IMG/VR virus record: IMGVR_UViG_3300027749_000096
Span: 1-64,000 of that record
DNA: 64,000 nucleotides
Reading direction: 5' to 3' (one strand)
Source: a virus
The translations under genes and the position numbers were made by a program. The notes under the pieces are model-generated. The model was not told where the DNA came from and ran no database searches. It saw nothing but the letters and a program-made list of their open reading frames with translations. This document shows, piece after piece, positions 17,102-27,627 of the stretch (the first letter of the stretch is position 1; every line of letters begins with the position of its first letter).

Positions 17102-18046
17102 TTATAATTTTAAATTGTTTGTAAAATATGTTTTATAAATTTGATATTTTCGGTCTAAAGATATACAAGAATCTTTATATAAATAGTTTGCTATTTTTTT
17201 AGCATCTTCTCCATAATAAGAAACTCTGTAAAAATTTTTACCAGAAACTTGTGTTGGATACTTTTTATCAGTTTGAATTATTTTAGAACAAAAAAATATA
17301 AATTCAAATATTGTTTCAAGAGTTCCACATAACATTAAATGTTTCATTTTATCTTTAGTAAAATAAATACCCCCATCTCCATCTATACATCCTCTCCAAA
17401 AATCTTTGGATTGTTTTAATAAATCATGAGGAATTATAGAAACACTTTTATTATGTGTAAAACCTAAATCAACTAAACGATCTCTAATTTTTTTAGAATT
17501 AACTCTCATTCTTGAACAATCACCTTTACCTTTTTTAACATCTCTATTAGATTTTAGAAAAGCTTTAAATTTTTCTAAATGATCTATATCATTGTTATGT
17601 AAGGTTAGTTCAATAGAAGCTTCTTTATTTTGTTCTATGTGACCGTCTGTATATAACATCCCAATCCAATATAAAGCTTCACAAGTTAACTCATCAAAAA
17701 CATTATGATCTATTTCAGTTTCATACCTAATGTGAGCCTGGTTTGAAAGATTCCTATATTCTACATCTTTAGATTTAAGAAATTCTCTTATAGTTTTACG
17801 TGTTAAATTTAACTCTTTTTCTATAAAAATTTGAGACTTCCCCTCCTGATATAAAGATAAGACTTTTTCAAAACATTCTTTTCTTTTTTCTTCTTGTTCT
17901 AGATTATAATCTATACCAACATTTGAAAGAACTTTTTTAACACTTGGTTGTGAGGAAGATGTTAACTTACATATTTCAGTTAACATCTTTCCTTCTTTGT
18001 ACAACCTTATTATTTCTTCGGATTTTTCTAAACTTATTTTTTTCAT
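17102..18046 (-). CDS. free-standing LAGLIDADG homing endonuclease with N-terminal HTH repeats
   Basis: YWIGMLYTDG and FWRGCIDGDG motifs; C-terminal LDRKY; inserted just after the MCP. Confidence 0.9.
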   Translation of the reverse strand: MKKISLEKSEEIIRLYKEGKMLTEICKLTSSSQPSVKKVLSNVGIDYNLEQEEKRKECFEKVLSLYQEGKSQIFIEKELNLTRKTIREFLKSKDVEYRNLSNQAHIRYETEIDHNVFDELTCEALYWIGMLYTDGHIEQNKEASIELTLHNNDIDHLEKFKAFLKSNRDVKKGKGDCSRMRVNSKKIRDRLVDLGFTHNKSVSIIPHDLLKQSKDFWRGCIDGDGGIYFTKDKMKHLMLCGTLETIFEFIFFCSKIIQTDKKYPTQVSGKNFYRVSYYGEDAKKIANYLYKDSCISLDRKYQIYKTYFTNNLKL

Positions 18047-18062
18047 TTGTATCTATTTAATA

Positions 18063-18094
18063 CAAATGTAATCATAAATCATCAATAATCCAAA
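18063..18094 (-). promoter_or_regulatory. Bacteroidota housekeeping-type promoter
   Basis: TTTG-N20-TACATTTG matches the -33/-7 consensus (TTTG / TAnnTTTG), just upstream of the LAGLIDADG ATG. Confidence 0.7.
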
Positions 18095-18105
18095 TTTATT
18101 TTTAT

Positions 18106-19725
18106 TTAAAAGGATCCACCAGTAACAGGGTTTCTCATAACTATTTTCAATACCTTAGTTGGATCTTTAACCCAGATAGCAGGCATTGTTTGAGTCATAA
18201 ATACTCTATAACCATTGAAGTTACCAGAGCTTTGGAAACCTTGTGTTCTACCCATATAGTCCATTGTACCATTTTGATAGAACCATTTCAATTGATTATC
18301 CCAGCTTAATTTCAACAAGAAGATGTTGTCATTAGTATTATCTGTGATGTCAAAGATAATGAAATTATATGAACTTAATGGGAAACCATCAATAATTGGA
18401 TTCTCAATATCATTTGTATGAACATTGTCAAATGCAGGGTTCAATACAAATTTAACGTTAGCTAAGAATGGGATGATGTAACTAGTGTATGCAAAACCAA
18501 AGTTTAAATCCATACCTGTACCAGTAACAGCTCCTAGTTCATGAGCATTAAGAACTAAACCAGAATTAACTGCTTCTTTCTTAATTGCTTCATTAACAAG
18601 TTTCATACCACCCATACCTGTTTGTACAATCAAAGATCTTTGAGGATCTGGTCCTTTAAATTCAACTTTACCATTGAAGAAGTTGAAGATTTCAGATTTA
18701 AACAAGTCTAAGTTGAAAGAAGCTTTGTTATAGATTCTCTTATAAGAGTTATCTAATTGCTTCCAAAGACCCACTGATAAACGAATATCATCTGGTCCAT
18801 CTTGTCTAACCTTACCACCTTGACCCCACATTAAGTAAGTTTCAATGTCATTAGCAATCTTAGTTAAGTGTGCTGCTTCTAATGTAGTTAAGAAAGAACG
18901 TGTAAGTTGACCATTAGCATAAGCTTTCTTTACATAGTCTTTACCCATTTTCTCAGCCATTGTTTCCAAGTTGGTAACAGATGGATCTACATTTTTGTCA
19001 AAGTTTCTCCACATTTCAATAACTGGGATAGTACCATCAGCTTTCATACCACCTTTCATCATTAAGTCTGCACGACTAGAAATAGAATAGTGTACGTGAG
19101 CTTCTGCTCCACCAACATAGTTATAGAATTCACGGAAACCAGCTGATACATTACCTAAGTCTGAGAATCTTTCTCCATACTCTCCACGAGCAGAACCTTT
19201 TCTGAAAACTTTAGTACCAACTTTCAAATACTTATTGTCTAAGTATTTAGTGTTGTCATTGTTCACCAACTGTACAGTGTAGATAAAACCATCACCAGCT
19301 GGGATGATATCATCAACTGTAATGTACATTTCCACACCATTGTACTTGTCATAAGTGATAATATCACCATGACCAAATGAACGTTTGTTCAATTTGATTT
19401 TAAATGTTTGACCATCAATACCTTTAGTAGCATTACCTGTTTCAATGTCTTCAGTAATGTAAGGAAGATCCTGAGCTACAGGTATCTGCCATTTGTACTC
19501 ACCACGGTTATTATCTACTGAAATAACATTCTTTCCACCAAAACTAGACATTTGGTATAACGGCATTTCTACTTTTTGAGCCATTGCCCATAAGTCCACT
19601 GGACCTAAATCTGTAGGTTCAGCTGATTTAAGGAGGTTAGAAAGGTGATAAGAGTCTACGTGTGAGCTTGTTTGATAATGGTTATCACGTAGAAATATAC
19701 CATTATTTAAAACTGGAGTTGCCAT
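18106..19725 (-). CDS. major capsid protein (crAss-like)
   Basis: 539 aa; portal-scaffold-MCP order; biased codon use; crAss-like MCP motifs (EYKW, LMWG, GLWKQL, IWVKDPTK). Confidence 0.85.
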   Translation of the reverse strand: MATPVLNNGIFLRDNHYQTSSHVDSYHLSNLLKSAEPTDLGPVDLWAMAQKVEMPLYQMSSFGGKNVISVDNNRGEYKWQIPVAQDLPYITEDIETGNATKGIDGQTFKIKLNKRSFGHGDIITYDKYNGVEMYITVDDIIPAGDGFIYTVQLVNNDNTKYLDNKYLKVGTKVFRKGSARGEYGERFSDLGNVSAGFREFYNYVGGAEAHVHYSISSRADLMMKGGMKADGTIPVIEMWRNFDKNVDPSVTNLETMAEKMGKDYVKKAYANGQLTRSFLTTLEAAHLTKIANDIETYLMWGQGGKVRQDGPDDIRLSVGLWKQLDNSYKRIYNKASFNLDLFKSEIFNFFNGKVEFKGPDPQRSLIVQTGMGGMKLVNEAIKKEAVNSGLVLNAHELGAVTGTGMDLNFGFAYTSYIIPFLANVKFVLNPAFDNVHTNDIENPIIDGFPLSSYNFIIFDITDNTNDNIFLLKLSWDNQLKWFYQNGTMDYMGRTQGFQSSGNFNGYRVFMTQTMPAIWVKDPTKVLKIVMRNPVTGGSF

Positions 19726-19754
19726 AGGGCTTTAAATTTTAAGGGGTTATTAAA

Positions 19755-21023
19755 TTATCTTTTAAAAATATTTTGAGGTTTACTTATTTTTCTAGGTTTA
19801 TCTTGTTCTTCTTCCTGATAAGTAGATATGTTCTTACGAGACTGTTCAGTTTTTAATTGTCTAACTGTTTGTTCTACAGCTTGAGTTTTACCTTGTTTCA
19901 TAAGATTACCACGGTATTCATCAGGGTTGGATAGTAACCAAAGAGCTTCTGCTATTAAAGGATAGTTAGGTTCTACAAATTGATACCTCTCTAAAAGATG
20001 TCCTAATAAGTTAGTAGGTTTACCTGATATAGAAGCATATTGTGGTTGAACCAATCCTGTATATAACTGAGCTTGAACTTTCTTATCCAATTTAAGACCA
20101 TTAATTTCTGCTGGTCTTAAAGCTTCAAATACATTCTTCTGATATGCATCAGCAGCATTTTGTTGTTGTTGTTTTCTGTATTCTTGTTCCTGAAGTTGAG
20201 ACAAAACAATTTTTTCCTGCATCTGATCAAGCTTAGGTTTAAACTGTTTAGCTTTCTTTTCAAGTGTACCAAGATCTTTCCAAGTTGTTAATTCTTCATC
20301 AATTTCTTCAGGTGTACCAAAGTTAGTAGCTTGTAAATATTGACGTACAATATGTTCTTGGTCATTATCATCAGATGGATCCATTTCTCTAACAGCTTCC
20401 ACTTGAGCTAAAGCTTGAAACAATCCTTTTAAATCTTGTCCTCCATCAGCTACATATTTAGCAGCATATTGAAGTTCTTCTGGAAGAGACTGAAAAAACT
20501 CTTGTGGAGTAGAAGCAGCCACTTCATCTTTTATGTTATTAACATTAGCTTGCCAAAGTTCTTCTACATCTTTTTCTCCAAGTCCACCAAGATAGTCATC
20601 AAGAGATTGTTTAGTTTCATCATAATCATCAAAAGCAAACATCTCACTGTTCTCTATCCTTTTCTTTAAGAATTCAACTAATCCAGATTTTTCTGTTTTA
20701 GGTCTTCCTTTTTTAGGAGATTCATCTATTTCTGTAGGATCAGACTCATCTAAAATTTCATTTAAAGCTGCTTTAATATCATCATTACCTTCTACATTAT
20801 TTGTTGTAGAATTAAATGTTTTAGCACTGTCTTTTTTAGAATCATCCTCATCTAAAAAATCTAGATTAACTTGTTTTTTACTGAAGATGTTGGGTTTAAT
20901 TTCTGTAGGTTCTCCACTTGGAGTAACTATACTACTAGCTGCTGGAGCCCCATCAAATAAACTATCAATATCTAAATCTACTTGTTGTACATTTGTCTGT
21001 ACATTTCCTTGATTAAATTCCAT
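19755..21023 (-). CDS. putative capsid scaffolding protein
   Basis: 422 aa, acidic and coiled-coil, between portal and MCP. Confidence 0.6.
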   Translation of the reverse strand: MEFNQGNVQTNVQQVDLDIDSLFDGAPAASSIVTPSGEPTEIKPNIFSKKQVNLDFLDEDDSKKDSAKTFNSTTNNVEGNDDIKAALNEILDESDPTEIDESPKKGRPKTEKSGLVEFLKKRIENSEMFAFDDYDETKQSLDDYLGGLGEKDVEELWQANVNNIKDEVAASTPQEFFQSLPEELQYAAKYVADGGQDLKGLFQALAQVEAVREMDPSDDNDQEHIVRQYLQATNFGTPEEIDEELTTWKDLGTLEKKAKQFKPKLDQMQEKIVLSQLQEQEYRKQQQQNAADAYQKNVFEALRPAEINGLKLDKKVQAQLYTGLVQPQYASISGKPTNLLGHLLERYQFVEPNYPLIAEALWLLSNPDEYRGNLMKQGKTQAVEQTVRQLKTEQSRKNISTYQEEEQDKPRKISKPQNIFKR

Positions 21024-21056
21024 TTTTCTGTTGGTTTTTTATGTGTATCTCTACAT

Positions 21057-21070
21057 TAATAATATAATAC
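21057..21070 (-). promoter_or_regulatory. putative phage late promoter core
   Basis: GTATTATATTATTA upstream of the scaffold/MCP genes. Confidence 0.45.
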
Positions 21071-21116
21071 TTTAAACTATATAAATTTACATTTAGTTAT
21101 TTTTAAATAACGAAGG

Positions 21117-21136
21117 TGTGGATTATAGAGCTATAA
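21117..21136 (-). repeat. dispersed 20-nt motif TTATAGC-N6-ATCCACA, copy 1
   Basis: TTATAGCTCTATAATCCACA right after the portal stop; 18-nt identical copy at 41903-41920; variant at 33038-33057. Confidence 0.7.
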
Positions 21137-23890
21137 TTATTTTTCTTTCTTTTTATCAGATTGTTTAAAGTCATATTTGTTCTTATTTTCTCTAGCTATC
21201 TGAAGTTGTTTATCAGCTATCTGTTGTTGAGCCTGAAGCTTCTCTCTTTCTATATTATGTTTTTCTTGAGTTTGAGCAGTTCTATTAATTTCCTTTTCAC
21301 GGTCAAAATTCATAGCTTCCTGATAGTTCTGTTGTTCTTGAATTTTAGACATAGCATCTATATAATCAGACTGGTTATTTTTATTAAGATCAACCATAGC
21401 TCCCATACCAGAAGCTCTAATCTGAGCCTCAAGAATTCTAGCTTTTCTATCTTTCTCAGACTCATCAGCTTTAAATTGATTAGAAGCTTGTAATGCAGCT
21501 TGTTCAGCTTGGATTTGTTTATCCTGCATTTCTTGTTGATGTTGTTGTTCCTGTTGTTTCTGAGCATTAACTTTTTCTTCAGCAGATTTAAGAACACCTG
21601 TAAGTTCAGCAATAGACTCTGATTTAATTACATTACCTAAGTCATATATAGAAGCTCCTGTAGCATTATTAGTGAGAGCTAGTTGTTTAAGCTGCTCCAT
21701 TATAGCACGAGAATTAGTTTTAGTTGTACAGAATATATTTAAATCTCTAAGAAGTAAATCTGTTCCATTCATTTGGAAATTTATCTTCTCATCAGCTCCA
21801 GTGATATATTGTAGACGTAAACTAGGTTTTTTAGAATTATAATATTGAGCTAAATCAGTTCTCATTTGATGCACTCTAGGCATCAAGTTATCTGAGTGTT
21901 GTATAAAGTATTGTTCTGTTTGAGCATAAGAAGCATTAGCTGCTTGTTCCACCCCTGTAGCAGTTTGTTGTTGAGCAATCTGCATACCCATCCTTTGTTG
22001 ATTCAATCCAATAACTTCAAAAGCTTGAGTTTTAAAATAGGTGGCTAATTGTATCCTAGATAGTAAACGTTGAGTTTGTTCTAAGTTCAACACTTGATAG
22101 TGCTGAAAATTAAGAGCATTCTCTGTATTAGTGATACTAGTGTCTAAAGGAAGCATTTGGAAGTTTTTCATAGCTACATAAGCTTTAGCTAGATTGTTCT
22201 TACCCCAATCTTCTCCCAATGAGTGACGTGGTAAAGCATTCTGATCTAACATAATAACTGTACCTAATTCATCCACAAGAATATCTGCTATCTGATTGTT
22301 TACAATGTTATATCCAATCTGAAATGGTTTCATTAAATCTACAAGAGATACTGAACGGGTATTTCTATCCCCAAATACAGATCCTTCTACAGGAAGTTTA
22401 CATCCATAAACTGTAGCATCCCCTTTAAACTGAAAAGGTACACGTCCAGGTCTACCACCATTAAGTCCTAAATATATAGGATTTATACCTCCAGGATTAT
22501 TCATACCCCAGAAAGCTGGTCTGTTAGGTCCAATCTTTACACCACCCCAAACTTCATTAATCCATATCCAATCTATATGTTCTCCAAACACTAAATTATC
22601 TTTAGTATTTTGTTTCCATATAGAATTATCATATTGTGGTTTGTCTGTAACCTTATATTCTTCTGATATAATATCTTGTATAATATCTCCTTCTGTAGTT
22701 ATCTTAGTAAGGTGCCCAACTTTTCTTTGACTCTTCCAATAAATAGTTGACACTCTAAGCATATAACTTTTACCAAAATCTTGCAAGTCTTCTGAGTCTG
22801 AAAGTATCCACTGTACAATATCTCCAAATTGACTTCCAGCATCATATAAAGACGTAAACTGTCTATACCCCAAACTAGGCATTTGTGTATTCCATTCATG
22901 AGTTCTCTTTGGGTCATAATAGCTTCCATCATTTTGCATTCCTTGTATAGCATACCCAGCTGAACGTGCAGGATATATAGCTTCTAAAGCTTCTAATTGT
23001 TGATCATTCATCATCCATCCATACTTATCTACAACATCTGATATAGACATCATATCTAATTTACCCACCCAATTACCTTGGGATACATAACGTACATCAG
23101 GACTTTTATGGTAGAAAGTAAGTAGGGGATTCCATAGTTCCACCTCATAATCATCTTCCATCATATTAAAATGCCAGAACTCTCTATCTGTAATAAGACT
23201 ATCTCTAAAAGCTCTTTCTTCTAATTCCTGCATTCTAAATCTTTCTTCATCAACTTTCATTTGATGATCAGCCCATTCTTCAATCATTGATCTATAATCT
23301 TTCTTAAAGAACTGTTCTATTTCAGGAAGGCTTTTAAGTTTTTCAGGATTTAATTGTTGTTGAGCTTCTTCACTAGATGGATCTAATCCCATCTCCATTA
23401 TAGTAGCCATTTGTTTTTGTTGAGCCTGTTGTAATAACACCTTCTCAATCATTCCTCTTTTCTCTTCTAACATCTCATTATATGACATGTCATCAACAGC
23501 TCTAAACATTATTCTTGAACTTCTTTTAGAAAATTCATTTGTAAGAACATTAATTACATTAGGAATAATAGGATAGAATTTAAGCTCAAATGCTGATACA
23601 TCTTCTTTAGTTAATGTATCAATAAGATCAGCCATCTCATTATCTTCTTCTACAATATAATCTTGTTTATCAATAATACCTTTAGCTAATTTATAATTCT
23701 TCATTAAACGTCTAGCATTACGTCTAAGTTGTTTCATACCCTGAAACTCTAACCAGTCAAGATTCCATGCTCTCCATTGATCATCCTTTTCTTTTTCTGG
23801 TACAAACTGAAATGGTTGGATTAAAGTTCCCATCTTGTTGTACTCAACCTTTGCCCCCTTTTTGAGATCTAATGCATTATATATCTTCAT
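21137..23890 (-). CDS. portal protein
   Basis: 917 aa; FYPIIPNVINVL and SLVDLMKPFQIGYNIVNNQI crAss-like portal motifs; Gln-rich C-terminus; adjacent to the terminase. Confidence 0.85.
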   Translation of the reverse strand: MKIYNALDLKKGAKVEYNKMGTLIQPFQFVPEKEKDDQWRAWNLDWLEFQGMKQLRRNARRLMKNYKLAKGIIDKQDYIVEEDNEMADLIDTLTKEDVSAFELKFYPIIPNVINVLTNEFSKRSSRIMFRAVDDMSYNEMLEEKRGMIEKVLLQQAQQKQMATIMEMGLDPSSEEAQQQLNPEKLKSLPEIEQFFKKDYRSMIEEWADHQMKVDEERFRMQELEERAFRDSLITDREFWHFNMMEDDYEVELWNPLLTFYHKSPDVRYVSQGNWVGKLDMMSISDVVDKYGWMMNDQQLEALEAIYPARSAGYAIQGMQNDGSYYDPKRTHEWNTQMPSLGYRQFTSLYDAGSQFGDIVQWILSDSEDLQDFGKSYMLRVSTIYWKSQRKVGHLTKITTEGDIIQDIISEEYKVTDKPQYDNSIWKQNTKDNLVFGEHIDWIWINEVWGGVKIGPNRPAFWGMNNPGGINPIYLGLNGGRPGRVPFQFKGDATVYGCKLPVEGSVFGDRNTRSVSLVDLMKPFQIGYNIVNNQIADILVDELGTVIMLDQNALPRHSLGEDWGKNNLAKAYVAMKNFQMLPLDTSITNTENALNFQHYQVLNLEQTQRLLSRIQLATYFKTQAFEVIGLNQQRMGMQIAQQQTATGVEQAANASYAQTEQYFIQHSDNLMPRVHQMRTDLAQYYNSKKPSLRLQYITGADEKINFQMNGTDLLLRDLNIFCTTKTNSRAIMEQLKQLALTNNATGASIYDLGNVIKSESIAELTGVLKSAEEKVNAQKQQEQQHQQEMQDKQIQAEQAALQASNQFKADESEKDRKARILEAQIRASGMGAMVDLNKNNQSDYIDAMSKIQEQQNYQEAMNFDREKEINRTAQTQEKHNIEREKLQAQQQIADKQLQIARENKNKYDFKQSDKKKEK

Positions 23891-23895
23891 GATTA

Positions 23896-23997
23896 TTAAT
23901 TAGTTATAGTGTAAAATATTTCTGTAATAGAAGATGTAGCATTTGAATATACAAATTCACCAGCACATACATCTGAAAGTGTCATAGTGTATTCCAT
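23896..23997 (-). CDS. possible 33-aa peptide
   Basis: MEYTMTLSDVCAGEFVYSNATSSITEIFYTITN; TAATG overlap with the terminase stop. Confidence 0.4.
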   Translation of the reverse strand: MEYTMTLSDVCAGEFVYSNATSSITEIFYTITN

Positions 23998-26219
23998 TAT
24001 CTTATGTTTTTAAAAGGATTTCTTGATGGTCTCATCATTGATGACCCTGCTCTACCAGTCCCCATATGTTTAAAGGGACTATAGTTTAATTTACTAAATT
24101 TTTGTGAGTTATCCAAATGTATATTTGTAACTTCTGTACGTTTAGACATTCCTCTGTTAGATTGTTGTACTTTAGCAAAAGCTACAAGAGAACAAAATGC
24201 TACAAGTCTATCCACGTTTAGTCCATCTTGGTACATCTCCATTTCTTTTAATAACATAGGATCAGGGATTCTTTCCACTCCATATATTATTTTTATTATG
24301 TTTCCATTTACATCTGTTTCATGATCAAGCTCCTCTTGTAGATATTCTATACCATAGGAAAGAATGTTTCCTTTAAAGAGTGTACCAACGTTTTTCCAAC
24401 CATATTCTTGGAATACATTTCTATTAGCTCCAATGTCTTTTAAAAATAACACCATGTCTTTTGGTACCAAATACCTTTGCTTTCTTTGAGAAATCATGTA
24501 TTGTATAAACAAAGCTACGTTGTTCTCTACAAGTGTCCAGGCATTATACCATTCTATAAGTATTTCTAAACGTTCATGTGTTTTTTTAATATCATCAAAT
24601 CTACCACACCAGCTTGCTACTATTCCATCTCTTTCTATATGACTTTTAACATCTCCGTTATCATCATCCTTTATAATCTCTACAGGATTTTTATATACAT
24701 ATATAGAACATAAAGAATCTGATGTATTTGTTTTACCCTCACTCACTGGATCCACACTAGCATAGTACATACCAAATGTTGGATTCTTACATGGACGTTC
24801 ATACACACATATAACTCCTTCTTTATCTTCAGCTTTTTTATTAAAAGGAAACTCCATAATAGGAGCTTTTCTAGATTGTTTATCTATAATTTTACCTTCA
24901 TCATTTCTTGTAAGTTCCAGATACTCAACACTATAGGTCTTTTCTTCTATACGTTGCATTTGTTTAGAAACCAAATGGGGAGGAAATATAGATTCTTTTC
25001 TTGTAGCAAAAGCTTCTTCTATATTAGTGGGTTTCTGAGATATACGTAGTTGGTACTGGTCTGGGGGTAAATCTTTATACCACTGTTTTCTTTCTTCTAT
25101 TATAGCCTCTAAAGCTTCTTTAACTAAAGAGTTACCAGCTTCATCTATATAAGGAGGCATACTCCATTGTTCAGGAATAAACAGTCCTGTTTCTCCAATA
25201 GTTCCTTTCTTATCTATTAGATTAGTTTTAACAGCAAACATTCCATATCTGTGTGGGAACAACATCATACTCTTTAAGGGTTGACATTGTTCTAAATCAC
25301 CCACAGATCCTGCTGCTATAAATGTACCAGTGGTCACCATACCACTCTGCATAGCTGGTCTCATAAACTCATAAGTGTCCATCATCTTAGGAGCAATACC
25401 TGCCTCCTCATGGAAGAAATAAGTTACAGGACCACCCACACCATTTGTAGGATCTTTCTCAAAAGATGTACCTGTGATGATAGACTTATTTCCTTTATAA
25501 GTGTCACGGTTGTTTATCCTAACTTTAATACGTTGCTGCCAAGAGAATATTTTATCTGGTTCAGATGGTCTATACCAAGCTGTATGTTCATTAAGGAAGT
25601 TTCTATATTCATTTAGCATTCTCCAAGAACCTTTCTCAGAAATGTAGTCTTTAAGGCTGGCACCTATTTTATTTACAGATCCTTCTTCAAACCAATATTG
25701 ATTAATCAACTTAGCCATATGGAAATATGAAGAAGCTATCTGACGTTTCTTTAATATAGAAATATGTTTATAAGATAGTTCTCCTAACACTTCATATAAA
25801 GCCATATGGTATTGAGTGTCTCTTACATCAGCAAACCCAAACTTTTTTATTTCTTTATTATAAATAGGTAGGAAGTTTATCCACATGTAATAGTCTCTAG
25901 TGAGGTACCATGTTACTCCATTCTCTATGAATATCACTCCCCATCTACATTTAGCTTTTTGATCATTCCAATATTCTATAAAGTCTTTACTCTTTAAAGG
26001 AGCTTGACAATAGAATCCATAAGATTGAAATCTTCTAGCTTCATTATTAAAATGTCTAGAAATATTTACAGTGAAGTTATATCCCTCATCAGGACCAGCA
26101 TCTTTAAATACTGAACGTACAAAGTCTCTAAGTTCTTCTCTAGTTTGAAATGTTGTAGTTCCCCATTTACCATCTGTCCATGTAGGAATTTCAGCATATA
26201 ATTTGTTTGTATTAAGCAT
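23997..26219 (-). CDS. terL: terminase large subunit
   Basis: LKKRQIASSY Walker A-like, FFHEEAG Walker B, YASVDPV RNase H-like nuclease motif, VENN, NVDRLVAF. Confidence 0.9.
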   Translation of the reverse strand: MLNTNKLYAEIPTWTDGKWGTTTFQTREELRDFVRSVFKDAGPDEGYNFTVNISRHFNNEARRFQSYGFYCQAPLKSKDFIEYWNDQKAKCRWGVIFIENGVTWYLTRDYYMWINFLPIYNKEIKKFGFADVRDTQYHMALYEVLGELSYKHISILKKRQIASSYFHMAKLINQYWFEEGSVNKIGASLKDYISEKGSWRMLNEYRNFLNEHTAWYRPSEPDKIFSWQQRIKVRINNRDTYKGNKSIITGTSFEKDPTNGVGGPVTYFFHEEAGIAPKMMDTYEFMRPAMQSGMVTTGTFIAAGSVGDLEQCQPLKSMMLFPHRYGMFAVKTNLIDKKGTIGETGLFIPEQWSMPPYIDEAGNSLVKEALEAIIEERKQWYKDLPPDQYQLRISQKPTNIEEAFATRKESIFPPHLVSKQMQRIEEKTYSVEYLELTRNDEGKIIDKQSRKAPIMEFPFNKKAEDKEGVICVYERPCKNPTFGMYYASVDPVSEGKTNTSDSLCSIYVYKNPVEIIKDDDNGDVKSHIERDGIVASWCGRFDDIKKTHERLEILIEWYNAWTLVENNVALFIQYMISQRKQRYLVPKDMVLFLKDIGANRNVFQEYGWKNVGTLFKGNILSYGIEYLQEELDHETDVNGNIIKIIYGVERIPDPMLLKEMEMYQDGLNVDRLVAFCSLVAFAKVQQSNRGMSKRTEVTNIHLDNSQKFSKLNYSPFKHMGTGRAGSSMMRPSRNPFKNIR

Positions 26220-26460
26220 TAAGTATTTTTTCTATAAATTCTTTATTTCCTTTAACCTTATGTAATAAATCTAATAAGGTATCTAATTCTTTACTTCTTA
26301 GTATATCAGGAGATGAAAAATCATTCCAATATTCATTATATGTTTCACGTGGAATAGCTGCCCATTGATCTCTTAAAGAGTTATAATGAAACACCCAATC
26401 TTCTAAATAAGATTTTGAATTATAAAATGGTTCTGAATCCTGGTAAGTTTCTTGTATCAT
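26212..26460 (-). CDS. hypothetical protein
   Basis: ORF track 26212..26496; likely start at ATG 26460 (MIQETY). Confidence 0.65.
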   Translation of the reverse strand: MIQETYQDSEPFYNSKSYLEDWVFHYNSLRDQWAAIPRETYNEYWNDFSSPDILRSKELDTLLDLLHKVKGNKEFIEKILNA

Positions 26461-26470
26461 AATTTTAATT

Positions 26471-26590
26471 TTAAATAATTCCTTTAGATTTAGCAATAGG
26501 GTAGCCTATATTTTCCATACCTATTCTTATAGACTTACACATTTTTGTTTTAATCTTCTTAAGTTTTTTTTTAGTTTTTGTTTTTAACAT
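26471..26590 (-). CDS. small basic peptide (39 aa)
   Basis: Manually read: MLKTKTKKKLKKIKTKMCKSIRIGMENIGYPIAKSKGII; fills the intergenic gap. Confidence 0.45.
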   Translation of the reverse strand: MLKTKTKKKLKKIKTKMCKSIRIGMENIGYPIAKSKGII

Positions 26591-26597
26591 TATAAGT

Positions 26598-26891
26598 TTA
26601 TTTATTAGAAGCTTGATCTTTTAATAATTCATTAAATTGTTTCATTGCATCATTAATTTTAGTTTGATAATGTGATACAAATGATTCAAACTCAGGATTG
26701 GTTTTTTTCAAGTTATCTAAATTTGTAATTGACTCATTGAATTTACCTAGTATCATATCTACAGGTACTTCTCCTGTTTTTAATTTATCTACAACATCAG
26801 TGATAAATTTCTTTTCCTCTTCAGTTTTAACTGTAGGATCATTCAAATACTCATTTAGTTTTTCTTCAATTTCTTTAGAATTTTCTGTCAT
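26598..26891 (-). CDS. hypothetical protein
   Basis: 97-aa helical ORF in the operon. Confidence 0.65.
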   Translation of the reverse strand: MTENSKEIEEKLNEYLNDPTVKTEEEKKFITDVVDKLKTGEVPVDMILGKFNESITNLDNLKKTNPEFESFVSHYQTKINDAMKQFNELLKDQASNK

Positions 26892-26915
26892 GTTTTTTTA
26901 TTTTATAATTAATAA

Positions 26916-27428
26916 TTATTGGTCATAAGCAAGATTTTGATTCCCTCTTACAGAAGATTGTTGTTCTTCCATTAAGTCTTTAAATACTCCTTTAAAAGAT
27001 TGTCTTACAGCATCATACTTCTCAGCCATTCTAAGAAGAGCTGGACTTGACCCATCCCTACCAAATGTTAAAGTTTCTGTAGCCATACTTTTAGCCATGT
27101 TATCTAAGAATATTTTAATTCCATAATAAGCTCTAAATGTAGGAGTTTCATACATCTTCTTACACATGTTTAAAGCATGTATTATTTTATCATCATCTAA
27201 ACTAAAGTCAGCATTTATTTCTCTTAATATCATAGATTCCTTATCTTCTTCAGGTATATCAAAGAATGGATTCATATCTGGGTTAGGACAAGACATATAA
27301 AAAATATACGTATATATCTGTAAATATTCATCTGGATACGTATCCATTATGTCTTTAAGAAACTTTAATGTATAACAATGTTCACTAGGAATCACCTTAC
27401 CATTACTTATATCAAATATCCGTACCAT
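26916..27428 (-). CDS. conserved crAss-like protein near terminase (possible small subunit)
   Basis: 170 aa; C-terminal VRG..LAYD; position upstream of TerL. Confidence 0.5.
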   Translation of the reverse strand: MVRIFDISNGKVIPSEHCYTLKFLKDIMDTYPDEYLQIYTYIFYMSCPNPDMNPFFDIPEEDKESMILREINADFSLDDDKIIHALNMCKKMYETPTFRAYYGIKIFLDNMAKSMATETLTFGRDGSSPALLRMAEKYDAVRQSFKGVFKDLMEEQQSSVRGNQNLAYDQ

Positions 27429-27432
27429 AATT

Positions 27433-27627
27433 TTATTTTCTTTCTAATGAAATGTTTTTACAAAATTTTAATTCTTTATTATTCAATGTCCATATTTCCC
27501 CATCATCCATAGCACAAGTAAATAATAAGTTATGCTCTTGACTATAATCTATAACTAAGAAAGCATACCCCTCCATATTATCTGATATTCTTTTTATGGG
27601 GAGCATTGGGTTTAACTGGATTATCAT
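27433..27627 (-). CDS. hypothetical protein
   Basis: 64 aa; QLNP..P...GYAF.VIDYSQEH..GEIW motif common in phages. Confidence 0.7.
   Translation of the reverse strand: MIIQLNPMLPIKRISDNMEGYAFLVIDYSQEHNLLFTCAMDDGEIWTLNNKELKFCKNISLERK

Noticed and set aside
17102-18105. Group I intron around the LAGLIDADG gene
   Set aside because: The MCP appears complete with its own stop, flanks are too short for an intron core, and the ORF has its own promoter.
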